A stretch of 64,000 nucleotides of DNA from contig DUPG01000017.1 of NCBI GenBank assembly GCA_012838425.1, forward strand, positions 32,343 through 96,342. The letters run 5' to 3'. Below the pieces are notes generated by a model that had not been told where the DNA came from, made no database searches, and saw only the letters and a list, made by a program, of their open reading frames with translations. The number at the start of each line of letters is the position of its first letter. The first letter of the stretch is position 1. Source of the stretch: Clostridiales bacterium. GTDB taxonomy: Bacteria; Bacillota; Clostridia; Christensenellales; CAG-138. Positions 26,534 through 35,791 of the stretch are shown here, in pieces. A program made the position numbers and the translations under genes.

Positions 26534-28618
26534 CTACCTGTTCCAATAACCCCTTGTGGTATTTTCAAGAGGTGTTGCTTCTTTGCCTTTTAGTATATCT
26601 AAGAGAGCATTTATTCTATTATTTACTATATCGACTGCGTTCTCGTCATAAAAGCTTAAAGCAAAGGCATAGGGCGTCATTCTATGCGATTGCGCAATAT
26701 TGTCCATAGTAAAGCAGTTCAAAATGCGCACCATAGCGCAAGGGCGTATGTTGTTGGATTTTAGTATGGGGAACCTGCGCAGCTGTTCGTCGTTCATGTA
26801 TATAGTCCCTTGCTCGCAGCCTTGACAGCCCTTAGCATATCTAACAGGACAGTTAAACAGGTTCATCAATGTCGCCCTGCCGAACACTTCAAGGCGTATG
26901 TGCTCGCACTTGTCAATTAAGTCCTTGCATTGCTTTCTTGTCAGCTCGGGGGAAATTGTTACAGACTTTAAGCCCATATTCAACAGCGAATTTATAGTAT
27001 GAGAATTTACAATATTCAAATGTGCACCGCCGTATAGCTCCTTGTGCTTCAAGCCCTCTACCTGCCCTAAATTGTTGATCTCAACAGAGTTGAAGGGATA
27101 TGAGTTCACAATATCGTATAATATGCGCTCGTGCTTTTTGCCAATTATCGCAATAGGAAGTGAGATGTTCAGCCTGCTATTCTGAGGCTTATTCAAAAAC
27201 AGCTTTTCAATGTCGTTTTTATCGTAGGAAAGCGCGTCTATGGTTACCTCGTCTGCGCCTGCATTGTATGCTGCTATCGCGGAAGCATAGTCTATCACGC
27301 GTGCGCATATTATGGGCGTACTTCTCTCAATCTTCTCGCTTTCTTCGGGAATGAGTACTATTTCAGCCGCGCTTCTGCGAAGCCTTGTGCTTTCTTCTAA
27401 CAGCTCTACTGCTTTTCTGCGCATTTCGTTAATTTTCGAAACCGGCAGGTAGGCGTTTTCAATGATAACCTCTGCGTTATCGCAATAATATGGCGTGTCG
27501 CCTAATTTTTTAAGCTGATTTTCGTATTTTGATACAGTGTTTTCGTCTATTTCGGATTTTGCGGCTTCGCATACGCTTCCTGTTACCTCAATGGTTTTTT
27601 CTCGCGCTTGTGCAATCAGTTTTGCGTTTTCATTCGCTTTCAAAATCAGCTTGAATTCTATCGGGAATATCGGCTTTTCTTTTCGATAGCTTTCTTGCAG
27701 GCGTTTTTGAAGCTCCTTTGAGGGCTGAGCCTTTGCTATGGCGTTTCTGTTAAAGTCAGCGCCGAAATAGTACCCGCAGGAAAACTCGCCGCGTGAGAAC
27801 ACTTCCTCCAGCTCTTTTTTCAGCGTTTTAATCTCATCAGTGCCAGCACCGTCTATGGCTCGCCTGTATGCGTATGTAGCCATTGCAACATATTCGGGCT
27901 TCTTCATGCGCCCTTCTATTTTCAAGCTTGAAATGCCGGCGTCCTTCAGCTCTTTGATATGCTCTATCATGCACATATCGGCAATGCTGAGATTATAGTC
28001 GTTTTCCTTGGGAGCGCCGCCGACAGCAATACGCTTTCTGCATGGCTGAGCACATTCGCCCCTGTTGCCGCTTCTTCCGCCAACCAATGAAGAAAACAAG
28101 CAGCCGCCCGAAAAGCTCACGCACATAGCCCCATGCACGAAGCACTCAAGCTTTACATCGGTGTTTTCGCTTATGTATCGTATGTCTTTCAGCGACAATT
28201 CGCGCGATAGCACCACTTGGGATATGCCTAATTTTTCACATAGCTTCACGCTGTCTAAAGAAGAAATGCCCATTTGAGTACTTGCGTGGTACTCAATATC
28301 GGGCAAGTATTTTTTCAATAAAAAAAGAAGCCCCAAATCCTGCACTATGAACGCGTTTGCGCCCATGCTATACAAGAAGCGGGCATATTCTAAACAGCGG
28401 TCGAATTCGCTGTCATATATTAGGGTATTTAAGGTGATGTATGCTTTTGTGTTCCTGCTGCGGCAATAGTCTATAGCTTCTATCAATTCTTCATTTGTAA
28501 AATTCTCTGCGTTTATTCGTGCGTTAAAAGCTCCGCCGCTGAAATATACGGCATCCGCACCGTTTAGAATTGCAGCTTTTAGACTTAAAAAACTACCGGC
28601 AGGGGATAACAGCTCCAT
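26534..28618 (-). CDS. U32 family peptidase-like protein
   Basis: 694 aa. N-terminus MELLSPAGS....AA...GADAVY is the U32 signature. The body is Cys-rich. Confidence 0.85.
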   Translation of the reverse strand: MELLSPAGSFLSLKAAILNGADAVYFSGGAFNARINAENFTNEELIEAIDYCRSRNTKAYITLNTLIYDSEFDRCLEYARFLYSMGANAFIVQDLGLLFLLKKYLPDIEYHASTQMGISSLDSVKLCEKLGISQVVLSRELSLKDIRYISENTDVKLECFVHGAMCVSFSGGCLFSSLVGGRSGNRGECAQPCRKRIAVGGAPKENDYNLSIADMCMIEHIKELKDAGISSLKIEGRMKKPEYVAMATYAYRRAIDGAGTDEIKTLKKELEEVFSRGEFSCGYYFGADFNRNAIAKAQPSKELQKRLQESYRKEKPIFPIEFKLILKANENAKLIAQAREKTIEVTGSVCEAAKSEIDENTVSKYENQLKKLGDTPYYCDNAEVIIENAYLPVSKINEMRRKAVELLEESTRLRRSAAEIVLIPEESEKIERSTPIICARVIDYASAIAAYNAGADEVTIDALSYDKNDIEKLFLNKPQNSRLNISLPIAIIGKKHERILYDIVNSYPFNSVEINNLGQVEGLKHKELYGGAHLNIVNSHTINSLLNMGLKSVTISPELTRKQCKDLIDKCEHIRLEVFGRATLMNLFNCPVRYAKGCQGCEQGTIYMNDEQLRRFPILKSNNIRPCAMVRILNCFTMDNIAQSHRMTPYAFALSFYDENAVDIVNNRINALLDILKGKEATPLENTTRGYWNR

Positions 28619-28621
28619 TAT

Positions 28622-28936
28622 TTAGTTCTTCAAGGTAGTTTCAAATGGACGCTTTACAGGTGCTTCGGCCTTTTCGCGTACTTTGCCGGTGCGCAGATTG
28701 TCTATGCGGCTCTCCAGCTTGTCGTATGCTTCCTTGCTCTCGTGATACTCGTCGGCTAATTTATACATAGCCAACAGTGCGCACTCGAAAGTGCTAAGCG
28801 TAGAGTTAGCCGCCTGCACATCGTTTATGCGCTTGTTAATGAAAACAGCCAGCTTTTGCAGGTATTCCTCACTTCTTTCGCTTGACAACCTAAACTCTTG
28901 TCCAGCTAAATAAACCGTCGTTCGTGTCTTACTCAT
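28622..28936 (-). CDS. zapA: cell division protein ZapA
   Basis: Start taken at MSKTRTTVYLAGQEFRLSS (GGTGAGG RBS). ZapA fold pattern with a coiled-coil tail. Confidence 0.7.
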   Translation of the reverse strand: MSKTRTTVYLAGQEFRLSSERSEEYLQKLAVFINKRINDVQAANSTLSTFECALLAMYKLADEYHESKEAYDKLESRIDNLRTGKVREKAEAPVKRPFETTLKN

Positions 28937-29096
28937 AACCTCACCCCTATACATATTACTACATATATATTGTAAACTGCATTTTGGAATTTTGCAACAA
29001 TAATTATATTAAAATGCAAATTAAATAATTGGAAAATTGGGTCAAAACAGCTCTTAATTTCATAGCATACTATATAATCAAAAAGGAGTAGGGTAT

Positions 29097-29321
29097 ATGA
29101 ATATTGATGATATTAACAAGCTTATGAGCATGTACGAGGGCAAATCCGAAGAAGAGCTGATGCACGAGCTTATCAGCGCGATAGACGAGCAGAAGCGCAA
29201 CGGCAGCTTTAATGTAGCTTCATTTTTGGATATGTGCCAGCTTATTGACCCCATGCTGACGCAAGCACAGCGCGAAAAGCTGTATAGAATTGTAAAAGCG
29301 TTAGTTATTGAAGAGCAATAG
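29097..29321 (+). CDS. hypothetical protein
   Basis: 74 aa with an AAGGAG RBS. No domain recognised. Confidence 0.4.
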   Translation: MNIDDINKLMSMYEGKSEEELMHELISAIDEQKRNGSFNVASFLDMCQLIDPMLTQAQREKLYRIVKALVIEEQ

Positions 29322-29350
29322 GGGCAATAGGTGGGGTAATAATATGAAAT

Positions 29351-29372
29351 AAGGGGGCGAGAACCCCCTTTT
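29351..29372. terminator. putative bidirectional terminator between convergent genes
   Basis: AAGGGGG-CGAGAA-CCCCCTT hairpin. Confidence 0.5.
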
Positions 29373-29374
29373 CA

Positions 29375-30334
29375 TCACAGGCTATTGTCTAACCTTTCTA
29401 TCTTTATATCTCCGCTTACGGTTTCGACCTTGAAGTCCGCTCTGCCGTTCTTATACACATATTCTTTTCTTTCCTTCGTAGTCGGGAAAGCGCAGCTGAA
29501 GTCGCCTGAAACCGTTTCGAGTCTCAACTCAAAGCCGTCATTCTCAGGTATTCTCAGCTTTATGTCGCCGCTAACGCTTTCAAAGTCTAATGTATGCGGG
29601 CAGGTGTGCGAGGTTAGGTTTATTGTGCCTGAAACCGTTTCTGCGTCAACATCGTCCGCGTTTCCTATAAAGTTGATGTCGCCCGAAACCGCTTCAAGCT
29701 TCAATTCCTCAACGGCTGCATTGTCAATCTGAATATTGCCGCTTACTGTTTCAACCTTCATAAGATTGCAGGTGAAGTCCTTAATGCTGATGTTGCCCGA
29801 AACCGCTTCAAGCTTCACTTCATCACCTATAATCGAAGCCGCCTTCATATTTGCCGAAACCGTTTCTATCATGAAAAGCACGAATGACCGGTAGCTTTCA
29901 GGTATTTTCACAGTCAAGGGCTTATCCAAGGGCTTGAAGCGGAAGAAGCTGGACTTTCTGAACTTTATGGTCAGCCTGCCGTTCTCAACCTTGTAGCGAA
30001 GCCTGTCAGCGTCCTCCAAGCCCTCCGGCTCTGATATAATCAGCTTGTCGCCCGTATGGACCTCTATATTGACCGAGCCTTCAACCCAATCTATGTCTAT
30101 TTCCTTTATGTCCGAAGCGGATATTTCGGCGCTGCCTACCAAATAGCTGTCTGAGTTTGTATAGATGTAACCCATGTCAAATCCCTCCTTGAAAATTTCT
30201 GTGTTGATTACCCCTAAGCCTGTTAAAATCAAAAATGCGGCGACAACAAGGGCAATAGCCAATAATACTATTAAGCCTGCCTTTTTCTTTTTATTCTTAT
30301 TTAAGCTGTCGTTGCTTTCTAATTGACCTTCCAT
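29375..30334 (-). CDS. DUF4097-family beta-strand repeat protein (membrane-anchored)
   Basis: 319 aa. N-terminal TM and reiterated ..VSGDI../..VSGNI.. repeats. Confidence 0.75.
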   Translation of the reverse strand: MEGQLESNDSLNKNKKKKAGLIVLLAIALVVAAFLILTGLGVINTEIFKEGFDMGYIYTNSDSYLVGSAEISASDIKEIDIDWVEGSVNIEVHTGDKLIISEPEGLEDADRLRYKVENGRLTIKFRKSSFFRFKPLDKPLTVKIPESYRSFVLFMIETVSANMKAASIIGDEVKLEAVSGNISIKDFTCNLMKVETVSGNIQIDNAAVEELKLEAVSGDINFIGNADDVDAETVSGTINLTSHTCPHTLDFESVSGDIKLRIPENDGFELRLETVSGDFSCAFPTTKERKEYVYKNGRADFKVETVSGDIKIERLDNSL

Positions 30335-30483
30335 ATAATACCCCCTAATTGCTGATAAATATGATAAATAATTATACCATGAAAATATGATTTATGGATA
30401 ATTTAATTGCATATGCAGGTTTTATATGGTACAATTCAATCTGAATTGGGAAAAACCCATATACAAACTGCAAGGATAAATAT

Positions 30484-31029
30484 ATGCTAAAAAAGATAGC
30501 TTCAGAGAAGAACCGAATATATATTGTGCTTGTGTGCATATTACTCATTGTTGCAAGCCTCGTTTCAATAGTATACTGCATAAATATAATGCTCAATAAA
30601 TGGAGCAGAACAACATACGATAAGCTGAACGAAGCAGATAAAAAGATGCTAAGCGCTGTTTCTGAATACATAGGTCAAACTGAAGGGCTTGAGCTGAATA
30701 TACCCATAGCGTTTGTAAGAAGCTATGGCGTGTTCAGGGGCAGCGGGTACCTTTTCAACCATTCTATTACCGAGCACAAGGGCAGGTTCGGGCTGTCAGC
30801 AGGCACCTTTGCGACGGAGATACTGCTGCCCGACGAATTAAACCTGCCGGGAATGTATAGATTAGCTTCTATGGAGCCGCCTTTGGGAGCTTTCTTCTTC
30901 CCATCAGATTATAAGGTAGTGGATTTGTATGGCGTAGAAACTTATGTGATATGCTATGACGAGAGCTCATTGAACGACGGTACATTTATAGCTTTGCTTG
31001 CAAGGGCATTGAAGCAGCAAAAACCATAA
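30484..31029 (+). CDS. hypothetical membrane-anchored protein
   Basis: 181 aa with one N-terminal TM. No domain recognised. Confidence 0.4.
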   Translation: MLKKIASEKNRIYIVLVCILLIVASLVSIVYCINIMLNKWSRTTYDKLNEADKKMLSAVSEYIGQTEGLELNIPIAFVRSYGVFRGSGYLFNHSITEHKGRFGLSAGTFATEILLPDELNLPGMYRLASMEPPLGAFFFPSDYKVVDLYGVETYVICYDESSLNDGTFIALLARALKQQKP

Positions 31030-31052
31030 GCGCAGCGCAATTAAGTTAGTTT

Positions 31053-31092
31053 ACGCAAGCAAATTCACATTGAGGTTTGCTTGCGTTTGTTT
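31053..31092 (+). terminator. rho-independent terminator
   Basis: 11-bp stem ACGCAAGCAAA/TTTGCTTGCGT followed by TTGTTT. Confidence 0.6.
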
Positions 31093-31126
31093 ATAAACTA
31101 AAATCAATAATAAGGGGGAAATTACT

Positions 31127-32515
31127 TTGGTTTCAGAAAAAATTGCACAAAAAGTGCTTGAGGCGGCACTTGAAACGGGCGGGGACTTTTCGGAATTGTT
31201 CTTAGAGGATACTGAGAGCAGCAATCTATCTATGATTGACGGCAAGCTTGAGTCTGCCACATATAAGCGCATAAGGGGTGCGGGCGTAAGAGTGCTTAAG
31301 GGTTCGCTTTCCGCATACGCATATACGGCGGATTTGAGTGAGGAAGCGCTGATAAAAACCGCGCGCGCGGCAGCGGCTGTATTCAGTTCGCCCAAGGCAT
31401 ATACTTCTATGCCCATTGCTGTTAAGCAGGACTATACGCAAGCTGTGAAGCGTCATTTCAAGGATATTGAAAATGCCCACAGAATAGATCTCCTAAAACG
31501 CATGCACAAGGCTGCGAAGGGCTATTCAGAGGAGATTTCGCAGGTTTCTTCAAGGTATTTCGATATAACCAGAAGAATCGAGATATTCAATTCAGAGGGG
31601 CTGCATGTTTCCGACACTCAGCCCAGAGTGCGCGTAATGGTTGAAGCAGTAGCTATGAAGGACGGCGAAGCGCAGTCGGGCTTTGAAGGCCCCGGTCTTG
31701 GCATGGGCTTTGAGGCGTTCGATATTATTGATGTTGAAGCCACAGCGCTGCAGGCCGCAAAGACTGCCGTAACAATGCTGCACGGCAAGCCCTGCCCTGC
31801 AAAGACGGTTCCCGTAGTGATTGACGGCGGCTTCGGCGGTGTAATACTGCACGAGGCTTGCGTGCATGGCTTAGAGGCCACATTCGTAGCCAAGGGCGAT
31901 TCGGTTTTCGCAGGCAAGTTAGGGCAAAAGGTTGCGAGCGACATCGTAACTGCTGTTGATGACGGTACACTGCCGGGCGAATGGGGTTCAATTCGCATAG
32001 ACGACGAGGGTACTCCGGGCAAACGCAATGTGCTTATTGAGAACGGTATTCTGAAGTCGTACTTGGTTGACAGGCGCAACGCAGCAAAGATGAATCACCA
32101 TCTCACAGGCTCATCGCGCAGGCAGGACTATACTTTCGCGCCTACATCAAGAATGACAAACACTTTCTTTGCCCCCGGCGATGACGACGAGGAAGAAATG
32201 ATTCGCTCAATAGACGAAGGGCTGTTCGCAGCGCGTATGGGCGGCGGCTCTGTAATGCCCTTAACGGGCGATTTCAACTTCGCGGTAGCAGAGGGCTATT
32301 GGATTAAAAACGGCGAGATAGTATGCCCCGTAAGAGGCGCAACTTTAATAGGCAGAGGCGCAGATGTACTGTTCAAGATAGACAGAATAGGCAAAAAGCT
32401 GTGGTTAGGTCAAGGGAACTGCGGTTCATTATCGGGTATGGTTCCCACAAATGTAGGACAGCCGCGCATAAGGGTTTCCGAAATGGTTGTCGGCGGAAAG
32501 GGAGGCGATATTTAA
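31127..32515 (+). CDS. tldD: metalloprotease TldD
   Basis: 462 aa (TTG start, GGGGGA RBS). HEACVHGLE zinc motif and the PmbA_TldD fold. Confidence 0.9.
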   Translation: MVSEKIAQKVLEAALETGGDFSELFLEDTESSNLSMIDGKLESATYKRIRGAGVRVLKGSLSAYAYTADLSEEALIKTARAAAAVFSSPKAYTSMPIAVKQDYTQAVKRHFKDIENAHRIDLLKRMHKAAKGYSEEISQVSSRYFDITRRIEIFNSEGLHVSDTQPRVRVMVEAVAMKDGEAQSGFEGPGLGMGFEAFDIIDVEATALQAAKTAVTMLHGKPCPAKTVPVVIDGGFGGVILHEACVHGLEATFVAKGDSVFAGKLGQKVASDIVTAVDDGTLPGEWGSIRIDDEGTPGKRNVLIENGILKSYLVDRRNAAKMNHHLTGSSRRQDYTFAPTSRMTNTFFAPGDDDEEEMIRSIDEGLFAARMGGGSVMPLTGDFNFAVAEGYWIKNGEIVCPVRGATLIGRGADVLFKIDRIGKKLWLGQGNCGSLSGMVPTNVGQPRIRVSEMVVGGKGGDI

Positions 32516-33849
32516 TGAATTTCAATGAGTTTAAGAAAGAATTATTCGATTGCGCTAATAAATTAGGCTGCTCCGCGGCTGAGGTGTATTTCGAGGAGGG
32601 CGACGCCTTCTCAGTCAACATATTAGAGCAGGAGATAGACAGGTACACAGCCGCCGTTAAGTACGGGCTGAACCTGCGCGTAAAGTATCAGGGCAAGGAC
32701 GGTTACGCATACACAGAAGTGTTTGAGGACGCTGAAGCGCTTGTAAAGCGCGCCATAGACAACGCGAAGTCCATAGAGAGCGAGGACGAACACCCCATGC
32801 AGGGCAAGTGCGAGTATGAAGAGGTAGGCACTATGCTTGACCCGTTCAAAAATGCGACAGAGCAAGATAAGATTCAGTTCGTGAAGGATTTGGAGACAAA
32901 GGCAAAGGAGAAGGATGAAAGAGTATTGCGTACTCCTTACTGCATGCTTGAAACAAGCAAGTTAGCTATACATATTTCAAACACGCTGGGGCTTGACGCT
33001 AAAGAGGAAGTTAGCGTAAGTGTGGTGTTATTAGACGTGGTTATGCAGCAGGGCGACGAGACAAAGGAGGCATATGCATTTGAAGTGGGTGAGTATGCCG
33101 GCAATGCCGATATGGTAGTTGACAGCGCGGTTTCCTTGTGCGCGGATAAGTTCAACGCCGCGCCTGTAAAGTCGGGCGATTACAGAATATTGATGAGCGC
33201 AAGGACAATGTCTGAAATGCTGCAGGTGTTCTGGCGTCAGTTCTCAGCCGATTTAGCTCAAAAGGGCATGACACTCATGGCGAACAAAGAGGGCACGCAG
33301 GTCGCGAACGAAATTGTAAACATAATTGACGATCCGAAGCACAAGGTATATCCCAGAGCCTTCGACGGCGAGGGCGTACCCACAAAAACGAAGCACCTCA
33401 TTGAGAATGGCGTGCTGAAAACGCTTCTTCACAACTTAAAAACCGCGAAGAAAGCGAATATCGAGTCAACAGGCAACGCTGGCCGCGCGAGCGCGGCAGG
33501 CGCAATTACAATAATGCCTACGAATATGTACTTGCAGGCAGGCACAAAGAGCTATGACGAGATGGTACAATCGCTTGGCAATGGGCTGATTATCACAGAG
33601 CTTGAAGGCACACATTCCGGCGCAAATGATGTTAGCGGCGAATTCTCATTCGGCGCAAAGGGCCTGCTTGTTGAGAATGGCAAAACGGTTAGAGCTGTTG
33701 ACCAAATAACTGTTGCCGGCTCATTCTATGAAATGCTGATGGATATTGAGGAATTAGGCGGCGATATGAGATTCTGCGCGGCTGACGGCAGTTCGTTCTT
33801 CGGCGCACCGTCAACAATTATTAAGAAGCTGAAGGTTGCGGGTTCATAA
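32515..33849 (+). CDS. pmbA: TldE/PmbA partner protein
   Basis: Start taken at MNFNEFKKELFD (TAATG overlap with tldD). The Arg-rich N-terminal extension in the ORF track is an out-of-frame read of tldD. Confidence 0.85.
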   Translation: MNFNEFKKELFDCANKLGCSAAEVYFEEGDAFSVNILEQEIDRYTAAVKYGLNLRVKYQGKDGYAYTEVFEDAEALVKRAIDNAKSIESEDEHPMQGKCEYEEVGTMLDPFKNATEQDKIQFVKDLETKAKEKDERVLRTPYCMLETSKLAIHISNTLGLDAKEEVSVSVVLLDVVMQQGDETKEAYAFEVGEYAGNADMVVDSAVSLCADKFNAAPVKSGDYRILMSARTMSEMLQVFWRQFSADLAQKGMTLMANKEGTQVANEIVNIIDDPKHKVYPRAFDGEGVPTKTKHLIENGVLKTLLHNLKTAKKANIESTGNAGRASAAGAITIMPTNMYLQAGTKSYDEMVQSLGNGLIITELEGTHSGANDVSGEFSFGAKGLLVENGKTVRAVDQITVAGSFYEMLMDIEELGGDMRFCAADGSSFFGAPSTIIKKLKVAGS

Positions 33850-33888
33850 TTGTATTGTGGCACGCACAGGGGTACTCTAACCCCTGAT

Positions 33889-33922
33889 AAGCTGTGCTAT
33901 GCTGTATAGCATACAGCTTTTT
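33889..33922 (+). terminator. putative terminator
   Basis: AAGCTG..TATGCT/AGCATA..CAGCTT hairpin followed by T5. Confidence 0.5.
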
Positions 33923-34002
33923 GAAAACGAATCGGGGGATATGTATGGCAAGCGCTGCCGTACATTCCCCAATTCAGCTTATTCAAAAGAGTAAGAGGTA
34001 CT

Positions 34003-34803
34003 ATGAAAAGGTTTGTAACATGGAATGTAAATGGCTTGAGGGCCGCGTTAAAAAAGGGCTTTTATGATGCCATACTGCCCTTAGACGCGGACATTATTGC
34101 CTTGCAGGAAACCAAGCTGCAGCCCGAGCAGGCGCAGGTTGATATTGAGGGCTATTATCAATACTACAACAGCGCTGAGAAGAAGGGCTATTCGGGAACG
34201 GCTGTATATACGCGGCTTATTCCTCAGTATGTGTATAATGATTTTGACGCGTGGCGGGCAATAGCGCCCGATGTGAAAATTCCCGAGGGCTTTGAGAGCG
34301 AGGGCAGGATATTGACATTAGAGTTCAAAAACTACTATTTCATCAACTGCTATACACCCAATTCTCAAAGGGAATTAGCGCGCCTTGACTACCGTATGAA
34401 GTGGGAGGATTTGTTCCGCAAATTCCTGAGCTCGTTGAAAAGCGTTAAGCCCGTTATACTGTGCGGCGACCTTAATGTAGCGCACAAGGAAATAGATATT
34501 AAGAACCCTGCCGCAAACCGCAGAAACGCAGGCTTTACCGACGAAGAAAGGGCAAAGATGACAGAGCTTTTAGGCGCAGGCTTCATAGACGCGTTCAGAC
34601 ATCTGTACCCCGACAGAAAGGACGCGTACACTTGGTGGAGCTACTTCGCGCAGGCAAGAGAAAGGAATATAGGCTGGCGTATTGACTATTTTGTGGTCAG
34701 CGAGGATTTGGCAGGCGCTATAAAGGAATGTATAATTCACGATAAAATAATGGGCAGCGACCATTGTCCCGTAGAAATTATTATGGATTTGGAGGAAGCA
34801 TGA
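34003..34803 (+). CDS. xth: exodeoxyribonuclease III
   Basis: 266 aa. WNVNGLRA, LQETK and SDHCPV motifs. Confidence 0.9.
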   Translation: MKRFVTWNVNGLRAALKKGFYDAILPLDADIIALQETKLQPEQAQVDIEGYYQYYNSAEKKGYSGTAVYTRLIPQYVYNDFDAWRAIAPDVKIPEGFESEGRILTLEFKNYYFINCYTPNSQRELARLDYRMKWEDLFRKFLSSLKSVKPVILCGDLNVAHKEIDIKNPAANRRNAGFTDEERAKMTELLGAGFIDAFRHLYPDRKDAYTWWSYFAQARERNIGWRIDYFVVSEDLAGAIKECIIHDKIMGSDHCPVEIIMDLEEA

Positions 34804-35720
34804 GAGTTTTAGTTACAATACCGTTTACAAATGCGCAAAAGCATAGGCTTTCACGCTATTCAAATGATGTTGAGTATATAAAAATGGCGGATGTTCAGCC
34901 GCATGATGTTGCCGACAAGGAGGTCATAATAGGCAACATACCAAAAGAGCTTATACAGCACGCTAAAAATCTGAAATGGCTGCAATTATCTATGAGCGGA
35001 TACGAGGGCTATCCCGAGCGTATGCCCGAGGGAGCTGCTTTGACAAATTCGCGCGGGGCATTCGGCTTAGCAATATCCGAGCATATGCTTGGAATGCTTT
35101 TAATGCTCAAAAAACGCCTGCACCAATACCACGACAATCAGAAAAAAGCATTGTGGCAGCCTATGGGCACCGTTACATCTGTATTCGAGTCAACAGTGCT
35201 TATCGTGGGCTTGGGCAACATAGGCTTGGAGTTCGCAAAGCGTGTAAAGGCGTTAGGCGCATACACGATAGGCATAAAGCGCGACATATCAAATAAGCCC
35301 GAGTGCATTGACGAGATATATACGCTTGATAAGTTAGACGAGCTGATTCCGCGCGCGGATGTTATTGCGCTCACTGTTCCTAATAATCCCGACACATACA
35401 AGCTGATGAATGAGAAGCGCATATACCTTATGAAGCAAGGCGCAGTTTTACTTAATGTAGGGCGTGGCGTATTGGTTGATACAGACGCGCTGAATAAGGC
35501 GTTGAGCGAGGGCAGGATTATGGCAGGGCTTGATGTTACAGACCCCGAGCCATTACCTGATAGCCACCCGCTTTGGAAACAGGAAAACTGTATTATCACT
35601 CCACATATATCGGGCTTTTTCTACCTGCCTAAGACACTGGAATACATAGTAGAAATCGCGCTTGATAATATGGCAAGGTATGCAGAGGGTAAGCAGTTGA
35701 ACAATATAATTAAGTCGTAA
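34800..35720 (+). CDS. D-2-hydroxyacid dehydrogenase family protein
   Basis: Start taken at MRVLVTIPF (ATGA overlap with xth). GLGNIGLEF NAD-binding motif and a catalytic R..E..H arrangement. Confidence 0.8.
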   Translation: MRVLVTIPFTNAQKHRLSRYSNDVEYIKMADVQPHDVADKEVIIGNIPKELIQHAKNLKWLQLSMSGYEGYPERMPEGAALTNSRGAFGLAISEHMLGMLLMLKKRLHQYHDNQKKALWQPMGTVTSVFESTVLIVGLGNIGLEFAKRVKALGAYTIGIKRDISNKPECIDEIYTLDKLDELIPRADVIALTVPNNPDTYKLMNEKRIYLMKQGAVLLNVGRGVLVDTDALNKALSEGRIMAGLDVTDPEPLPDSHPLWKQENCIITPHISGFFYLPKTLEYIVEIALDNMARYAEGKQLNNIIKS

Positions 35721-35791
35721 GCGGCGAACCGTTTTGGCGGTAAGTGGAATGCCTGTTATCCGCCGAAAATAAATAGTCGTTGAGGTGTGTT

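Noticed and set aside
32323-32514. Arg-rich 64-aa N-terminal extension of PmbA (MPRKRRNFNRQRRR...).
   Set aside because: It is an out-of-frame read of the tldD 3' end. A proper start, MNFNEFKK, overlaps the tldD stop (TAATG).
31127-33849. TldD/PmbA acting as the leader protease of the SCIFF peptide.
   Set aside because: The pair lies about 6 kb away, in a separate transcription unit bounded by a terminator and unrelated genes. TldD/E is near-ubiquitous housekeeping. Nothing in the sequence links them.
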